64,000 nucleotides of DNA from Thermococcus sp. JdFR-02 (GTDB lineage Archaea > Methanobacteriota_B > Thermococci > Thermococcales > Thermococcaceae), in NCBI GenBank assembly GCA_002009975.1, contig MTLP01000012.1, positions 128,001-192,000 of the forward strand, read 5' to 3'. The notes beneath the pieces were generated by a model. It searched no databases. It had not been told where the DNA came from and worked only from the letters and a program-made list of their open reading frames with translations. The translations under genes and the position numbers were made by a program. Shown here piece by piece: positions 9,805 to 18,753 of this stretch; positions within the stretch are counted from its first letter, which is position 1; each line of letters opens with the position of its first letter.

Positions 9805-10404
9805 TTAAAGTAAGCTTTCCCTTACAGCAATCTCTATGGCTTTCCTTATCATTTCTAACGACATTGAGGGCTGTGCTTTTTCTAAAACCTGCTCTGGTAT
9901 ATAAGGAACATGAATAAATCCAGCTTTAGCATTTAAATTGTTTACAGCTATGTGGTGTAGAGCAACGTACATTGCTGTGTTGCAAACGTAAGTTCCAGCA
10001 GTGTTTGAAACCATCGCCGGAATTTTATTTTCTCGTAAAGCCTTTACGATTCTCTTTACTGGAATTGTTGCAAAATAAGCTGCTGGAGCATTCTCATAAA
10101 TAGGCTCATCTTCGGGTTTGTATCCATCATTATCCTCTTTTTTTGAGTCCATCACATTTACTGCAACTCTTTCAACCGTTATGTTTGTCCTTCCTCCAGC
10201 TTGTCCAGTTAGAATTATAATATCCGGCTTAACCTCATCTATGAGGTTTGGAAGAATTTCTTTAACTTTTTTGAAGCTTACGGGAAGTTCATGCTTTACT
10301 ATCTCAGCTTTGCTGATTTCCTCTGGCAACTCTTTTACAGCTTCCCAAGATGGGTTAATCTTTTCTTCACCAAAAGGCTCAAATCCTGTGACAAGTACTC
10401 TCAT
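9805..10404 (-). CDS. pcp: Pyroglutamyl-peptidase I (pyrrolidone-carboxylate peptidase)
   Basis: VLVTGFEPFG, NPSW, AGTYVCN (catalytic Cys), GFIHVP. Confidence 0.95.
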   Translation of the reverse strand: MRVLVTGFEPFGEEKINPSWEAVKELPEEISKAEIVKHELPVSFKKVKEILPNLIDEVKPDIIILTGQAGGRTNITVERVAVNVMDSKKEDNDGYKPEDEPIYENAPAAYFATIPVKRIVKALRENKIPAMVSNTAGTYVCNTAMYVALHHIAVNNLNAKAGFIHVPYIPEQVLEKAQPSMSLEMIRKAIEIAVRESLL

Positions 10405-10470
10405 ATATTTCACCTCTAAAAGCTAAATCTTTATAGCCTTTAAAGTTTGAGCATTTTTGAGGGAGTTAAT

Positions 10471-11586
10471 ATGGATTATGATGTGTTGATAATTGGTGCT
10501 GGTCCTGTTGGTAGCTATTTGGCTAATCTCTTAGGGAGAGACTTTAAAGTTGCAGTTGTTGAACAAAGAACGTCTTTTGGAGGAAAAGCTTGTACTGGGA
10601 TAATTGGAGCTGAGAGTTATGAAATGCTGAGATTACCAGGGAAAGCTATAATTAACAAATTTAGAGGGGCAAGTTTTTATTCAAAGATAATAAGCTTTGA
10701 AATCTCAAGGAAAGAACCTCAGGCTTATATGGTGGATAGAAAAATTTTGGAGAAAGAGTTAGCTCAGAGAGCGGTCAAAAAGGGTGTTGAGTACTTCTTA
10801 GGAACTAAATTCTTAGGATTCAAAAATGGAAGAGCAGTTCTTCAGAGATTCAATGAAAGATTTGAAATTGAGGCAGGATTCTATGTTGGTGCCGATGGCG
10901 TAAACAGTAGGGTTGCTAAGGAAATTAGTGCAAGAACAGATGCTGAGTTTTTGGGAGGTTACGAAATAGAAATTGTTGGAAATTTTGAAAAAACTGATTT
11001 TGTTGAAGTCTGGGTGAACAAGGAGATTAATGAAGATTTCTTCTTTTGGGTTGCTCCGATTAATGAAAGCTTAGCCAGAGTGGGGACTATAGGAAGACTC
11101 GATCCCCTCTTTAAGTTCTTAAGAATGAGGGGGTTAAAAGAGACAAAAATTGTGGAGTTTAAAACTGGGACGGTGGCGTTGGGCATTAGAAAGCCATGGA
11201 TTAAAGGAAACATTGCTTTGGTTGGGGATGCTGCTTTACAGCTAAAACCATTAACGGCTGGAGGAATTGCGTACGGAATGCTTTGCTCTCATGCATTAGC
11301 TTATTCTTTGATTAATGGGAGAACGAGGGATTATGAAAAGCTGTGTAAGGATGTAAAGAAAGAAATTGCCTTCGGATTGAGGGCAAGAAGGCTTTTCAAA
11401 TATTTGAGTCAAGAACAAATCGAGCACATATTTGAAATTTTATCGACCAGAGAAGCTAGACAACTTATTGAAGAAGTTGCGGATTTTGAGGAGCATGCGA
11501 AGACAATAAAGGCTTTAATAAAACATCCAAAGCTCTTAGCAAAGGTGTTGAAAGTGACTCCTATGATAATCAGATATCTCCTTTGA
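10471..11586 (+). CDS. Geranylgeranyl reductase-family FAD-dependent oxidoreductase
   Basis: YDVLIIGAGPVG, VGADG..S, LVGDAA...PLTAGGI. Confidence 0.85.
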   Translation: MDYDVLIIGAGPVGSYLANLLGRDFKVAVVEQRTSFGGKACTGIIGAESYEMLRLPGKAIINKFRGASFYSKIISFEISRKEPQAYMVDRKILEKELAQRAVKKGVEYFLGTKFLGFKNGRAVLQRFNERFEIEAGFYVGADGVNSRVAKEISARTDAEFLGGYEIEIVGNFEKTDFVEVWVNKEINEDFFFWVAPINESLARVGTIGRLDPLFKFLRMRGLKETKIVEFKTGTVALGIRKPWIKGNIALVGDAALQLKPLTAGGIAYGMLCSHALAYSLINGRTRDYEKLCKDVKKEIAFGLRARRLFKYLSQEQIEHIFEILSTREARQLIEEVADFEEHAKTIKALIKHPKLLAKVLKVTPMIIRYLL

Positions 11587-11599
11587 ATTGGTGATAGCA

Positions 11600-11932
11600 A
11601 TGGCAGAGTTTGAAATGGGGCTTCAGGAGGAGTATTTAGAGCTAATAAAAAGCGGGAAAAAGAAAATCGAAGGTCGCTTGTATGATGAAAAAAGGAAAAA
11701 AATAAAGCCGGGAGATGTAATACTCTTTGAAGGAAAGCTTAAAGTTAGAGTAAAAGCCCTTAGAATTTATCCCTCATTCAAGAAAATGCTTGAGGAAGAA
11801 GGCTTAGAGAATGTTTTGCCAAATGTAAAGAGCATTGAGGAAGGCATAAAAATTTACAGGCAATTTTATGATGAAAAGAAAGAGAAAAAATACAGCGTCG
11901 TAGCCATTGAGATTGAGCCAATTGATGGTTAG
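11600..11932 (+). CDS. ASCH/PUA-like domain protein
   Basis: IKSGKKKIEGR, IKPGDVILF. Confidence 0.85.
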   Translation: MAEFEMGLQEEYLELIKSGKKKIEGRLYDEKRKKIKPGDVILFEGKLKVRVKALRIYPSFKKMLEEEGLENVLPNVKSIEEGIKIYRQFYDEKKEKKYSVVAIEIEPIDG

Positions 11933-11964
11933 CTCTCTAAGATTTTTCAAATTTTTAGATTTTC

Positions 11965-11982
11965 TGTGAAAATTCTTTCACA
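11965..11982. promoter_or_regulatory. Palindrome TGTGAAA-N4-TTTCACA abutting a TATA-like box
   Basis: Perfect 7-bp inverted repeat directly upstream of TTTAATAA (about 11985) of the 12025 gene. Confidence 0.5.
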
Positions 11983-12024
11983 AATTTAATAAACCTGAAA
12001 GGCTATTTCGATTTTGGTGATAAC

Positions 12025-12840
12025 ATGAAGAGAGCGCTCGTAACTTTAACACCTCCCGAGAGTAAGCGATTAATTGCCAAAGCTGTTGTAAATTTAGAAG
12101 AGGTTCAACATGCTTTAAAGCACGGTTTTGTTTACATTGCAACCGGCACAACAGCGGCTTACATCGCTGAAGAAATTTTGGGGGAGAAGATTGAAAAGGA
12201 GAAGTGGACTGTTGGGGTTATAAGCAAGGGAAGGACTTGTGTAACTCCAAGGGAGACTTGGCCAAAGCATTTGATACTCTACAAAGGAAAACCCTTTGAA
12301 GGAACACCCCAAGAGGCTTTAAAGGAACTTGGTCCAGATGATGTTTTTATCAAAGGGGCTAACGCTATTGATCCAAATTGGAATGTTGCAGTTTTTGCAG
12401 CGGCGGAAGATGGGGGAACGATAGGAAGGGTTTATGGATGGACTATAACAAAAGGGGTAACTTTTATCACTCCAATAAGTCTTGAAAAGTTCACTCCAAC
12501 TCCAGTAGAAGTTAGTGCAAAGATTACTGGAACGAGGGTTTTTGATTGGGGAACCGGGCTTTATTCCGCATTGGTTCCAATGCCCCATGCAATCCCAATA
12601 ACTGAGGTTGAAGCTTATGAAATCTTAGCAGATGTTGATGCTATACCAATTGCCGCTGGCGGAGCTGGAGGAGCAGAGGGGAGCGTTACATTGGTTTTAG
12701 AGGGCGAAGATGAGAATATGGAGAAAGCAAAGGAAATAACAAAGCAAATTAAAGGAGAGCCTTATTTAAAGCCCTACACAGCCAAATGTGAAGAATGTCC
12801 CTTTGCAAGTGTTTGTGCTCTTGGGAGAGGAGATTTTTAA
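12025..12840 (+). CDS. Conserved hypothetical protein, possible NagB/RpiA/CoA-transferase-like fold, C-terminal CxxCxxxxxC
   Basis: YIATGTT and VFIKGANAID motifs; CEECPFASVC tail; GGTGA SD. Confidence 0.7.
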   Translation: MKRALVTLTPPESKRLIAKAVVNLEEVQHALKHGFVYIATGTTAAYIAEEILGEKIEKEKWTVGVISKGRTCVTPRETWPKHLILYKGKPFEGTPQEALKELGPDDVFIKGANAIDPNWNVAVFAAAEDGGTIGRVYGWTITKGVTFITPISLEKFTPTPVEVSAKITGTRVFDWGTGLYSALVPMPHAIPITEVEAYEILADVDAIPIAAGGAGGAEGSVTLVLEGEDENMEKAKEITKQIKGEPYLKPYTAKCEECPFASVCALGRGDF

Positions 12841-12854
12841 ATAAAAAAGAAAAG

Positions 12855-14144
12855 CTAAGCTCTTCCTCTTTTTCTCTTTCCAAATTTTAGCTTGGCTGTC
12901 AAAACTTTCTCAGTTGAGAAGAATTTTGCCGTGATGTAGAGTGTTATCAGTGTTATGACACTTAAATAGGCTATTCCAAAATACATTTGGCTGTACTGTT
13001 GCATCAACATAGCTCTTGAGGCTAAAATTGGGTGTGTGAATGGTAAAGCCAGCAATATGGATTTTATTGCAGTTGGGAGTGTTTCTAAGTCTGCAAACAT
13101 TAGGATAAATGAGGGGAAGAGCAGGGGCATTATACTCATGCTGACCAAAGTAGTGGCACTTCTAACATCTTCTGCAAACACTGAGAGGAGCATAGATATA
13201 CTTAGGGCAAAGACTATTGCCAAGAACAAGCTTAAAGCAAATAGGAAAGCTCCTTTTGGCGTTATACTTAAGCCTAGATCTTCCAATGATATGCCTATTT
13301 CTGAAGTTTGTGGAGTCAGCGAGCCGATATAGTACTTCATACCAATCATGTAGGCTATTGATGATATTAAAGCAACTCCCGCAGTGCCTATCATTTTTCC
13401 AGCAATTATAGTTATCCTCTTCACAGGCAACGTTAAGAGAGTTTCGAGGGTTTTATTTTCCTTTTCTGCTGCCATTGTTGTCGCAGCCATTTGGCTTACG
13501 TAGGTTATCATTATGAAAAGCACTAATGGTATTGAGAAAGCTTGCGAAAATATGATTCCAGAAACTACAGAAGGTGGAACTTCCACGATTCTACCTTTTA
13601 TTATGGAATAGCTCTTCGCTTCAATTGGTTTTAGTATTGCCTCTGGATCCCCTTGAACATTTTGCTCTATCTTCAATTTTGCTAAATATTCATTCAAAAC
13701 TTGGACAACCGCGTTAATCCTTCCTTCACTCATCCCTTCTCTCATTCCAGCACTTATGCCCTTGAAGATTGCATAAACTTCCACGTATGTTTTCTCGTTG
13801 CTACTTATCTTTTGAGAAAAATCACTTGGAATGACAACTACAACATTATAATCTTTTTCTCCCGCTTTTTTAATAGCTTCTTGAAGATCTTTAGCCTGAA
13901 TTTGAGTTACAGTAACGTTTGGAGCTATCTCGAGGGATTTTACTAAAAGACTCCCATACTCACCTTTGTCAAAATTGACCAGAACAACTTTAGTCTCTTC
14001 TTGGGCTTGTTCTATCCCAATCTGCATCATTTGTCCCAAGGCTGGGAAGAGAATTAAGGGCAAAATTATCATTCCAAAAATAATCTGCTTATTCCTGAGC
14101 AAATCTTTTATTTCTTTCTTTACAATAATCCAAAAGTCACTCAT
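12855..14144 (-). CDS. ABC-2 type exporter permease (NatB-like)
   Basis: IVKKEIKDLLR start, large extracytoplasmic loop, EKENKTLETLLTLPV, 6 TM. Confidence 0.9.
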   Translation of the reverse strand: MSDFWIIVKKEIKDLLRNKQIIFGMIILPLILFPALGQMMQIGIEQAQEETKVVLVNFDKGEYGSLLVKSLEIAPNVTVTQIQAKDLQEAIKKAGEKDYNVVVVIPSDFSQKISSNEKTYVEVYAIFKGISAGMREGMSEGRINAVVQVLNEYLAKLKIEQNVQGDPEAILKPIEAKSYSIIKGRIVEVPPSVVSGIIFSQAFSIPLVLFIMITYVSQMAATTMAAEKENKTLETLLTLPVKRITIIAGKMIGTAGVALISSIAYMIGMKYYIGSLTPQTSEIGISLEDLGLSITPKGAFLFALSLFLAIVFALSISMLLSVFAEDVRSATTLVSMSIMPLLFPSFILMFADLETLPTAIKSILLALPFTHPILASRAMLMQQYSQMYFGIAYLSVITLITLYITAKFFSTEKVLTAKLKFGKRKRGRA

Positions 14145-14145
14145 T

Positions 14146-14886
14146 TCACTCACCACCTGCTGATACCCTAATTGCTCTCATAAAAACTTCTTCTAAGTTC
14201 TTTGCTTCGTATTTTTCCTTGAGCTCTCTTGGGCTCCCGATTTCGATGATAACGCCCTCGTTAATTAAGGCAACTTTGTCACAGAGAAATTCAACCTCAA
14301 GCATATTGTGACTCGAAACGAGAAATGTAACTCCTTCATTCCTTGCAAAGCTTTTAATGGTTTGTCTGATGGAATATGCGTTTATTATATCAAGACCACT
14401 CGCGGGTTCGTCTAAAATAGCTAACCTAGGCTTTACCATTAAAGCCCTCGCTAAAAGTAATTTACGTGTCATTCCTTTTGAGTAAGTTGAAACTTTGTCA
14501 TAAAGTCTGTTTCCTAAATCACTAATCTCCTTTCCAAGTTCAAGCATTTCTTCAACACTTTTTCCAGTTTTTGCATAGAGTTTAGCCATGAATTCGAGAT
14601 ACTCATAACCTGTTAAATTTTTATATGCTCCCGCTTCTTCAGGGAGATAGCTTATTAGCTTTCTAACATTATCAGCTTGTTTAACAACATCTTTTCCAAA
14701 AACCTCGGCTTTTCCAGCAGTTGGGAATAAAAGCGTCGCTAAGATTCTTAAGGTGGTGCTCTTTCCAGCTCCATTTGGTCCAATGAGACCAAAAATTTCC
14801 CCCTCTTTAACTTCAAATGAGATTCCCTTCAGAGCTTTAACTTTCCCGTAATCCTTCTCAAGCTTTTCAACTCTTACTGCTGGCAT
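14146..14886 (-). CDS. ABC transporter ATP-binding protein
   Basis: Walker A GPNGAGKST, signature YSKGM, Walker B ILDEP, SSH. Confidence 0.95.
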   Translation of the reverse strand: MPAVRVEKLEKDYGKVKALKGISFEVKEGEIFGLIGPNGAGKSTTLRILATLLFPTAGKAEVFGKDVVKQADNVRKLISYLPEEAGAYKNLTGYEYLEFMAKLYAKTGKSVEEMLELGKEISDLGNRLYDKVSTYSKGMTRKLLLARALMVKPRLAILDEPASGLDIINAYSIRQTIKSFARNEGVTFLVSSHNMLEVEFLCDKVALINEGVIIEIGSPRELKEKYEAKNLEEVFMRAIRVSAGGE

Positions 14887-14888
14887 TT

Positions 14889-15086
14889 TTAATCACCCTC
14901 ATAGATAAACACATCCTCAATTTTGACTCCAAAAAACTTTGCTATCCTGAAGGCTAACCTAAGCGAAGGGTCATACTTTCCTTTTTCAATTGATATTATG
15001 GTCTGCCTTGTAACCCCTAGAAGCTTTGCAAGTTCCTCTTGAGTTAGTCCTTTCCACTCTCTGAGTTCTCTCAGTCGGTTTTTCAA
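14889..15086 (-). CDS. XRE/Cro-family HTH transcriptional regulator
   Basis: [29 protein letters not shown]; TTG start overlapping the upstream stop. Confidence 0.92.
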   Translation of the reverse strand: MKNRLRELREWKGLTQEELAKLLGVTRQTIISIEKGKYDPSLRLAFRIAKFFGVKIEDVFIYEGD

Positions 15087-15478
15087 ACCTCATCACCCTT
15101 AAAGAATTTGTAATACGTTAGAAATCCTAGATAAATCAACATCCATAGCGTTATTGCTGGAAAGAAATATTTAACTAAAATCTGATACTCTGGATTCTTC
15201 TCTTTCATTGAGGCAATATATGCAAATATTATTGTGATAACGACCAGATATACATTTACAGCCATGCTTTCTGTTTTTTCTCTAATTCTCTTCTCTTTTT
15301 CACTTTCTTCAATCCCAGAGATTTTCATCCCTACATATAATATTACAAAAGCAGTAATAATCGAACCAACTGCTCCTATTGGGTCTTGTGACTTTATGAA
15401 ATACACTGCTATAAAAGCAAACGCAATCATCGCTGTAAAAGTTATAAACCAAATTCCGAAGCGATTTATTTTTGGCAT
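15083..15478 (-). CDS. Small membrane protein, divergent DUF2178-like
   Basis: 4 TM; degenerate (D)ExExRIxxK motif; YYK near C-terminus; part of tandem array. Confidence 0.7.
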   Translation of the reverse strand: MPKINRFGIWFITFTAMIAFAFIAVYFIKSQDPIGAVGSIITAFVILYVGMKISGIEESEKEKRIREKTESMAVNVYLVVITIIFAYIASMKEKNPEYQILVKYFFPAITLWMLIYLGFLTYYKFFKGDEV

Positions 15479-15949
15479 TTACATCACCCGCGAGTAGTAG
15501 TGCCTTAAAGATATATGAATTACAGCAATTGCAGCGAGCAGAACACCTGTTAAAACAAATGCGCTTTTAAGTTCTGGTCTTTTAGTGGAGGCAATTGAAA
15601 GATACACAAGAGTAAGGGATAGTCCTATTAAAACTACTTGTAAAGTCCTTCTTGCGGCAATTTCTTCAATTCTAAGCGTTCTCTCGTCTTCAAGAATATA
15701 TCCCTTCTTTCTTAAGTGATCAGAATACAGCTTCATAAGAACAAAGCCAACTATGAATACAGCAAATGCCAATGGAGGATTGTTCTTGCTAATTGCCCAC
15801 CCTAGGAAGTAGCCCATTGTCATGACTATCATCACTGGAGGAATTAATGCTCTCTTCTCTTCATCAGACTTTCTTGTTGTGTAAAGTAAGATACTTATGA
15901 TAGCAACAATTAGTGTCCAGAGGATCGTTCCCATGAGAAGTTCGTTCAT
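15479..15949 (-). CDS. DUF2178-like membrane protein
   Basis: EDERTLRIEEIAARRTLQ motif; ends YYSRVM. Confidence 0.85.
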   Translation of the reverse strand: MNELLMGTILWTLIVAIISILLYTTRKSDEEKRALIPPVMIVMTMGYFLGWAISKNNPPLAFAVFIVGFVLMKLYSDHLRKKGYILEDERTLRIEEIAARRTLQVVLIGLSLTLVYLSIASTKRPELKSAFVLTGVLLAAIAVIHISLRHYYSRVM

Positions 15950-16315
15950 TCACATCACCTTTGAATAATAGTACTGTGAGGCAATCAAAACAAGAGCTCC
16001 AGCTACAAGGGGAATTAACAACCAATCTGGAGATATTTTGAGGTCTTTTGTTGTCAGCCAAGCATATTGGGCAAAGAGTATTATACTCATAACAAAGTAG
16101 CTGTTCCTTGCACTTTTAGCTTCGATAAGTTCTGTCCTTTCATCTGAGACCGTTTCAACATTTAAATTGTAGTATCTGTTAAGCAAATAACTAAAGAAAG
16201 TTCCCAGAGCAAGGATTACAAGTGCTAAGATTGGATTTTTGATCTCAAAAGAATAAGATATGCCGATTATCATTCCAGCGATAATTAGTCCTAATGCGAT
16301 TGTGTAATATCGCAT
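15950..16315 (-). CDS. DUF2178-like membrane protein
   Basis: SDERTELIEAKSARNS motif; ends YYSKVM. Confidence 0.85.
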   Translation of the reverse strand: MRYYTIALGLIIAGMIIGISYSFEIKNPILALVILALGTFFSYLLNRYYNLNVETVSDERTELIEAKSARNSYFVMSIILFAQYAWLTTKDLKISPDWLLIPLVAGALVLIASQYYYSKVM

Positions 16316-16316
16316 C

Positions 16317-16613
16317 TTACATCACCTTTCCATAGTGTATTTCAAGAACTGTAGGTACGAGAAGTGATATTATATTCAATGAAGCAAGCATGGAGAATAT
16401 CTGGAGAGGCAATGTTTTTATAGCAGCGTAAAATGCAAACACTGTTGTCAGAATTTGCAAAATTTGAAGTGTCCTTTTAGCTGATAACAGCTCAATATAC
16501 TCTGCACGCTCGTCTTTCAAAGATCCTAAGTGTCTTCTCTTTTTATGTACTAAATATCCGCCAAGAGCTGTAAAAAAGAGTACAATGAAGTAGTATTTAA
16601 TCACTGGAGACAT
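16317..16613 (-). CDS. DUF2178-like membrane protein (short)
   Basis: KDERAEYIELLSAKRTLQ motif; ends HYGKVM. Confidence 0.8.
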   Translation of the reverse strand: MSPVIKYYFIVLFFTALGGYLVHKKRRHLGSLKDERAEYIELLSAKRTLQILQILTTVFAFYAAIKTLPLQIFSMLASLNIISLLVPTVLEIHYGKVM

Positions 16614-16625
16614 TCACATCACCAT

Positions 16626-16657
16626 GTAAAGTTTCCTTTACGTAAAGTTTACTTTAC
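16626..16657. promoter_or_regulatory. Tandem palindromic operator 2x GTAAAG-N4-CTTTAC
   Basis: gtaaagtttcctttac (16626-16641) followed directly by gtaaagtttactttac (16642-16657), between the minus-strand TATA (CTTATATA about 16660-16670) and the first DUF2178 start. Confidence 0.8.
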
Positions 16658-16697
16658 ATCTATATAAGCTTTGTGGGTATGTTAAAAAGAGACATGA

Positions 16698-16934
16698 TTA
16701 TCCTTTTACAGTCAGAATTTTTATTTTGGAGATCTCACGAAGTTTACAGAGCTCAGAAACCATCTTTTTAAAGTTCTCACAATTTGCATAATCAACCTTT
16801 GCAAGAATATTGTACTCTCCTTTAACAAGGAATATCTCTTTAGACAGGTTGTAAACTTTCAAATAGTAGTTTATTACCCGCTCAGAACCTCTAAATCCTC
16901 TAATCAGCAAGATGCTTTTCATCTTTTTCGCCAA
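16698..16934 (-). CDS. Stand-alone Lrp/AsnC ligand-binding (RAM) domain protein
   Basis: FLVKGEYNILAKV...ISKIKIL pattern; start uncertain. Confidence 0.6.
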   Translation of the reverse strand: MAKKMKSILLIRGFRGSERVINYYLKVYNLSKEIFLVKGEYNILAKVDYANCENFKKMVSELCKLREISKIKILTVKG

Positions 16935-17033
16935 TTTCTATTAGTGTTTTAATGTTAATACGGCTTTCGTGTTTTAAAAGTACAAAATTTAGATAAAACT
17001 GTTTGTCAAAACTGAAAAGTTACGTCCAAAAAT

Positions 17034-18305
17034 TTAACTGCCTAGTATTTCGCCCATCAAATAAGTAGCTGTAGCTTTGGTTACTTTAACTTTCAAGAAT
17101 TCACCAATTGGAGCATCTTCGGGAAGGATTATATCCTTATAGTTCATGGTCCTTCCTTCAATTCCTCCTTTTTCTCCATGTCCATGGGTTAATACTAGAA
17201 CTTCTCTTCCAATGTATTTTTGGTTTATTTCGTAACTTATACTAAGTCTTAAGCGGTGCAAAATTCTTGATCTCTGTTTTGCTATCCTTCCGTGAATTTG
17301 ATTTGGCATTCTTGCTGCTAGTGTCTTTGGTCTCAACGAAAATCTCGAAACATTTATTTTGTCAGGTCTAACTCTTTTAATTAGCTCTACAGTTCTTTGG
17401 AAGGCTTCTTCATCTTCTCCAGGGAAGCCAACGATGATATCTGTGTTTAGATTTAATTCTGGAAATTCTTTTCTAAAAGCCCCAACTATCTCTTCAAAGT
17501 CTTCAACAGTGTAAGTCCTTGCCATGCGTCTTAAGATATCATTATCGCCGCTTTGAACAGGCAAATGAAGGAATTTATAAATCTTTTCATCTTTATAAGC
17601 ATCAATTAACTCATCAAGGAATTTTATAACGTGATTTGGATTTGCCATTCCAACCCTGACCCTGAATTCTCCTTCTATTGAAGTTATCTCATCCAAAAGT
17701 TTTGCCAGATTTGTTCTAATGTCAAATCCATAACAACCGGTATCCTCTGAACTTAGCTGAATTTCCCTATAGCCTTTTGCCAAAGCTTCTTTAACCCATT
17801 TGACTATTTTTTCTGGTGAATAACTTTTTAAAACTCCTCTAGCAAAACGAGTTGCACAATAGGTGCAAGCATTCAGACAGCCCTCGCTGATTGGAATAGT
17901 TATTGCAACTCTGCTCTTTAAAATTCTTGGAAGTTCAAGCTTATCTAAGCTTTTCTGCTCAACATCAACTAATTTTATCCCTTTCTCGGCTAACCTAATT
18001 GCATCAACAATTCTATTAATACTTTTAACCCCTATAATAGCTGAAACTCTATTGTCTATTTTTTCCAAGCTTATATGGGGTAAACATCCAGCAACAATGA
18101 CTTTTTTACCATCATCCAAAAGCTCTTTAATTCTCCTGTGCATGTGTGTCTCCGTTGGATCCTTAACAGCACAGGTGTTAATTATTACATAGTCTGCACT
18201 ATCCAAATTACTAAGCTTGAAGCCCGCATTTACTAAAAGGGCTTCCATAATCTCTGCATCTGCCCTATTTCTTGCACATCCATAGGTTTCGATGTAAACT
18301 CTCAT
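17034..18305 (-). CDS. tRNA t6A37 methylthiotransferase (archaeal MiaB-like/e-MtaB), radical SAM plus TRAM
   Basis: ETYGC, INTCAVK, GCLNACTYC, LHLPVQSG, DIIVGFPGE, C-terminal TRAM. Confidence 0.92.
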   Translation of the reverse strand: MRVYIETYGCARNRADAEIMEALLVNAGFKLSNLDSADYVIINTCAVKDPTETHMHRRIKELLDDGKKVIVAGCLPHISLEKIDNRVSAIIGVKSINRIVDAIRLAEKGIKLVDVEQKSLDKLELPRILKSRVAITIPISEGCLNACTYCATRFARGVLKSYSPEKIVKWVKEALAKGYREIQLSSEDTGCYGFDIRTNLAKLLDEITSIEGEFRVRVGMANPNHVIKFLDELIDAYKDEKIYKFLHLPVQSGDNDILRRMARTYTVEDFEEIVGAFRKEFPELNLNTDIIVGFPGEDEEAFQRTVELIKRVRPDKINVSRFSLRPKTLAARMPNQIHGRIAKQRSRILHRLRLSISYEINQKYIGREVLVLTHGHGEKGGIEGRTMNYKDIILPEDAPIGEFLKVKVTKATATYLMGEILGS

Positions 18306-18491
18306 CGTGAACTAAGCTAAGTGTATTGGTTTAAAAAGTTAATTCATGAGTAATTATTTATTGCAAGTATAAAAATCAATGTAAACTAATCCAAAATCAG
18401 CTTTAGTCCCATAAATAAAAGTTCTCATGCAACTTAATTCAAAACAAAAGAAAAAGGTTGAAGTTCACAAGAACTATGAGCGTGAAGTTAA

Positions 18492-18719
18492 TCAAATAAC
18501 CTCTCCAAAAGCAAACTTCCTCTTAATGCTGTTAATAACGATCTCAACCTCTTGTCCAACTTTAGTGTTTGGAACAAACACAACAAAGCCCTTAATCCTA
18601 GCTATTCCATCTCCGCCTTTGCCAATACTCTCGATTTTAACAGTATATCTTTCTCCAACCTTAACTGGTGCTACACTACCAAATCTATCTCTATTTCCAC
18701 CAAATCTATCTCCATACAT
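18492..18719 (-). CDS. Single TRAM-domain protein (archaeal cold-shock-like RNA chaperone)
   Basis: [34 protein letters not shown]; GGAG SD. Confidence 0.93.
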   Translation of the reverse strand: MYGDRFGGNRDRFGSVAPVKVGERYTVKIESIGKGGDGIARIKGFVVFVPNTKVGQEVEIVINSIKRKFAFGEVI

Positions 18720-18753
18720 TTTCAATATCTCCTTTCAAATATTTTAACGCCCT

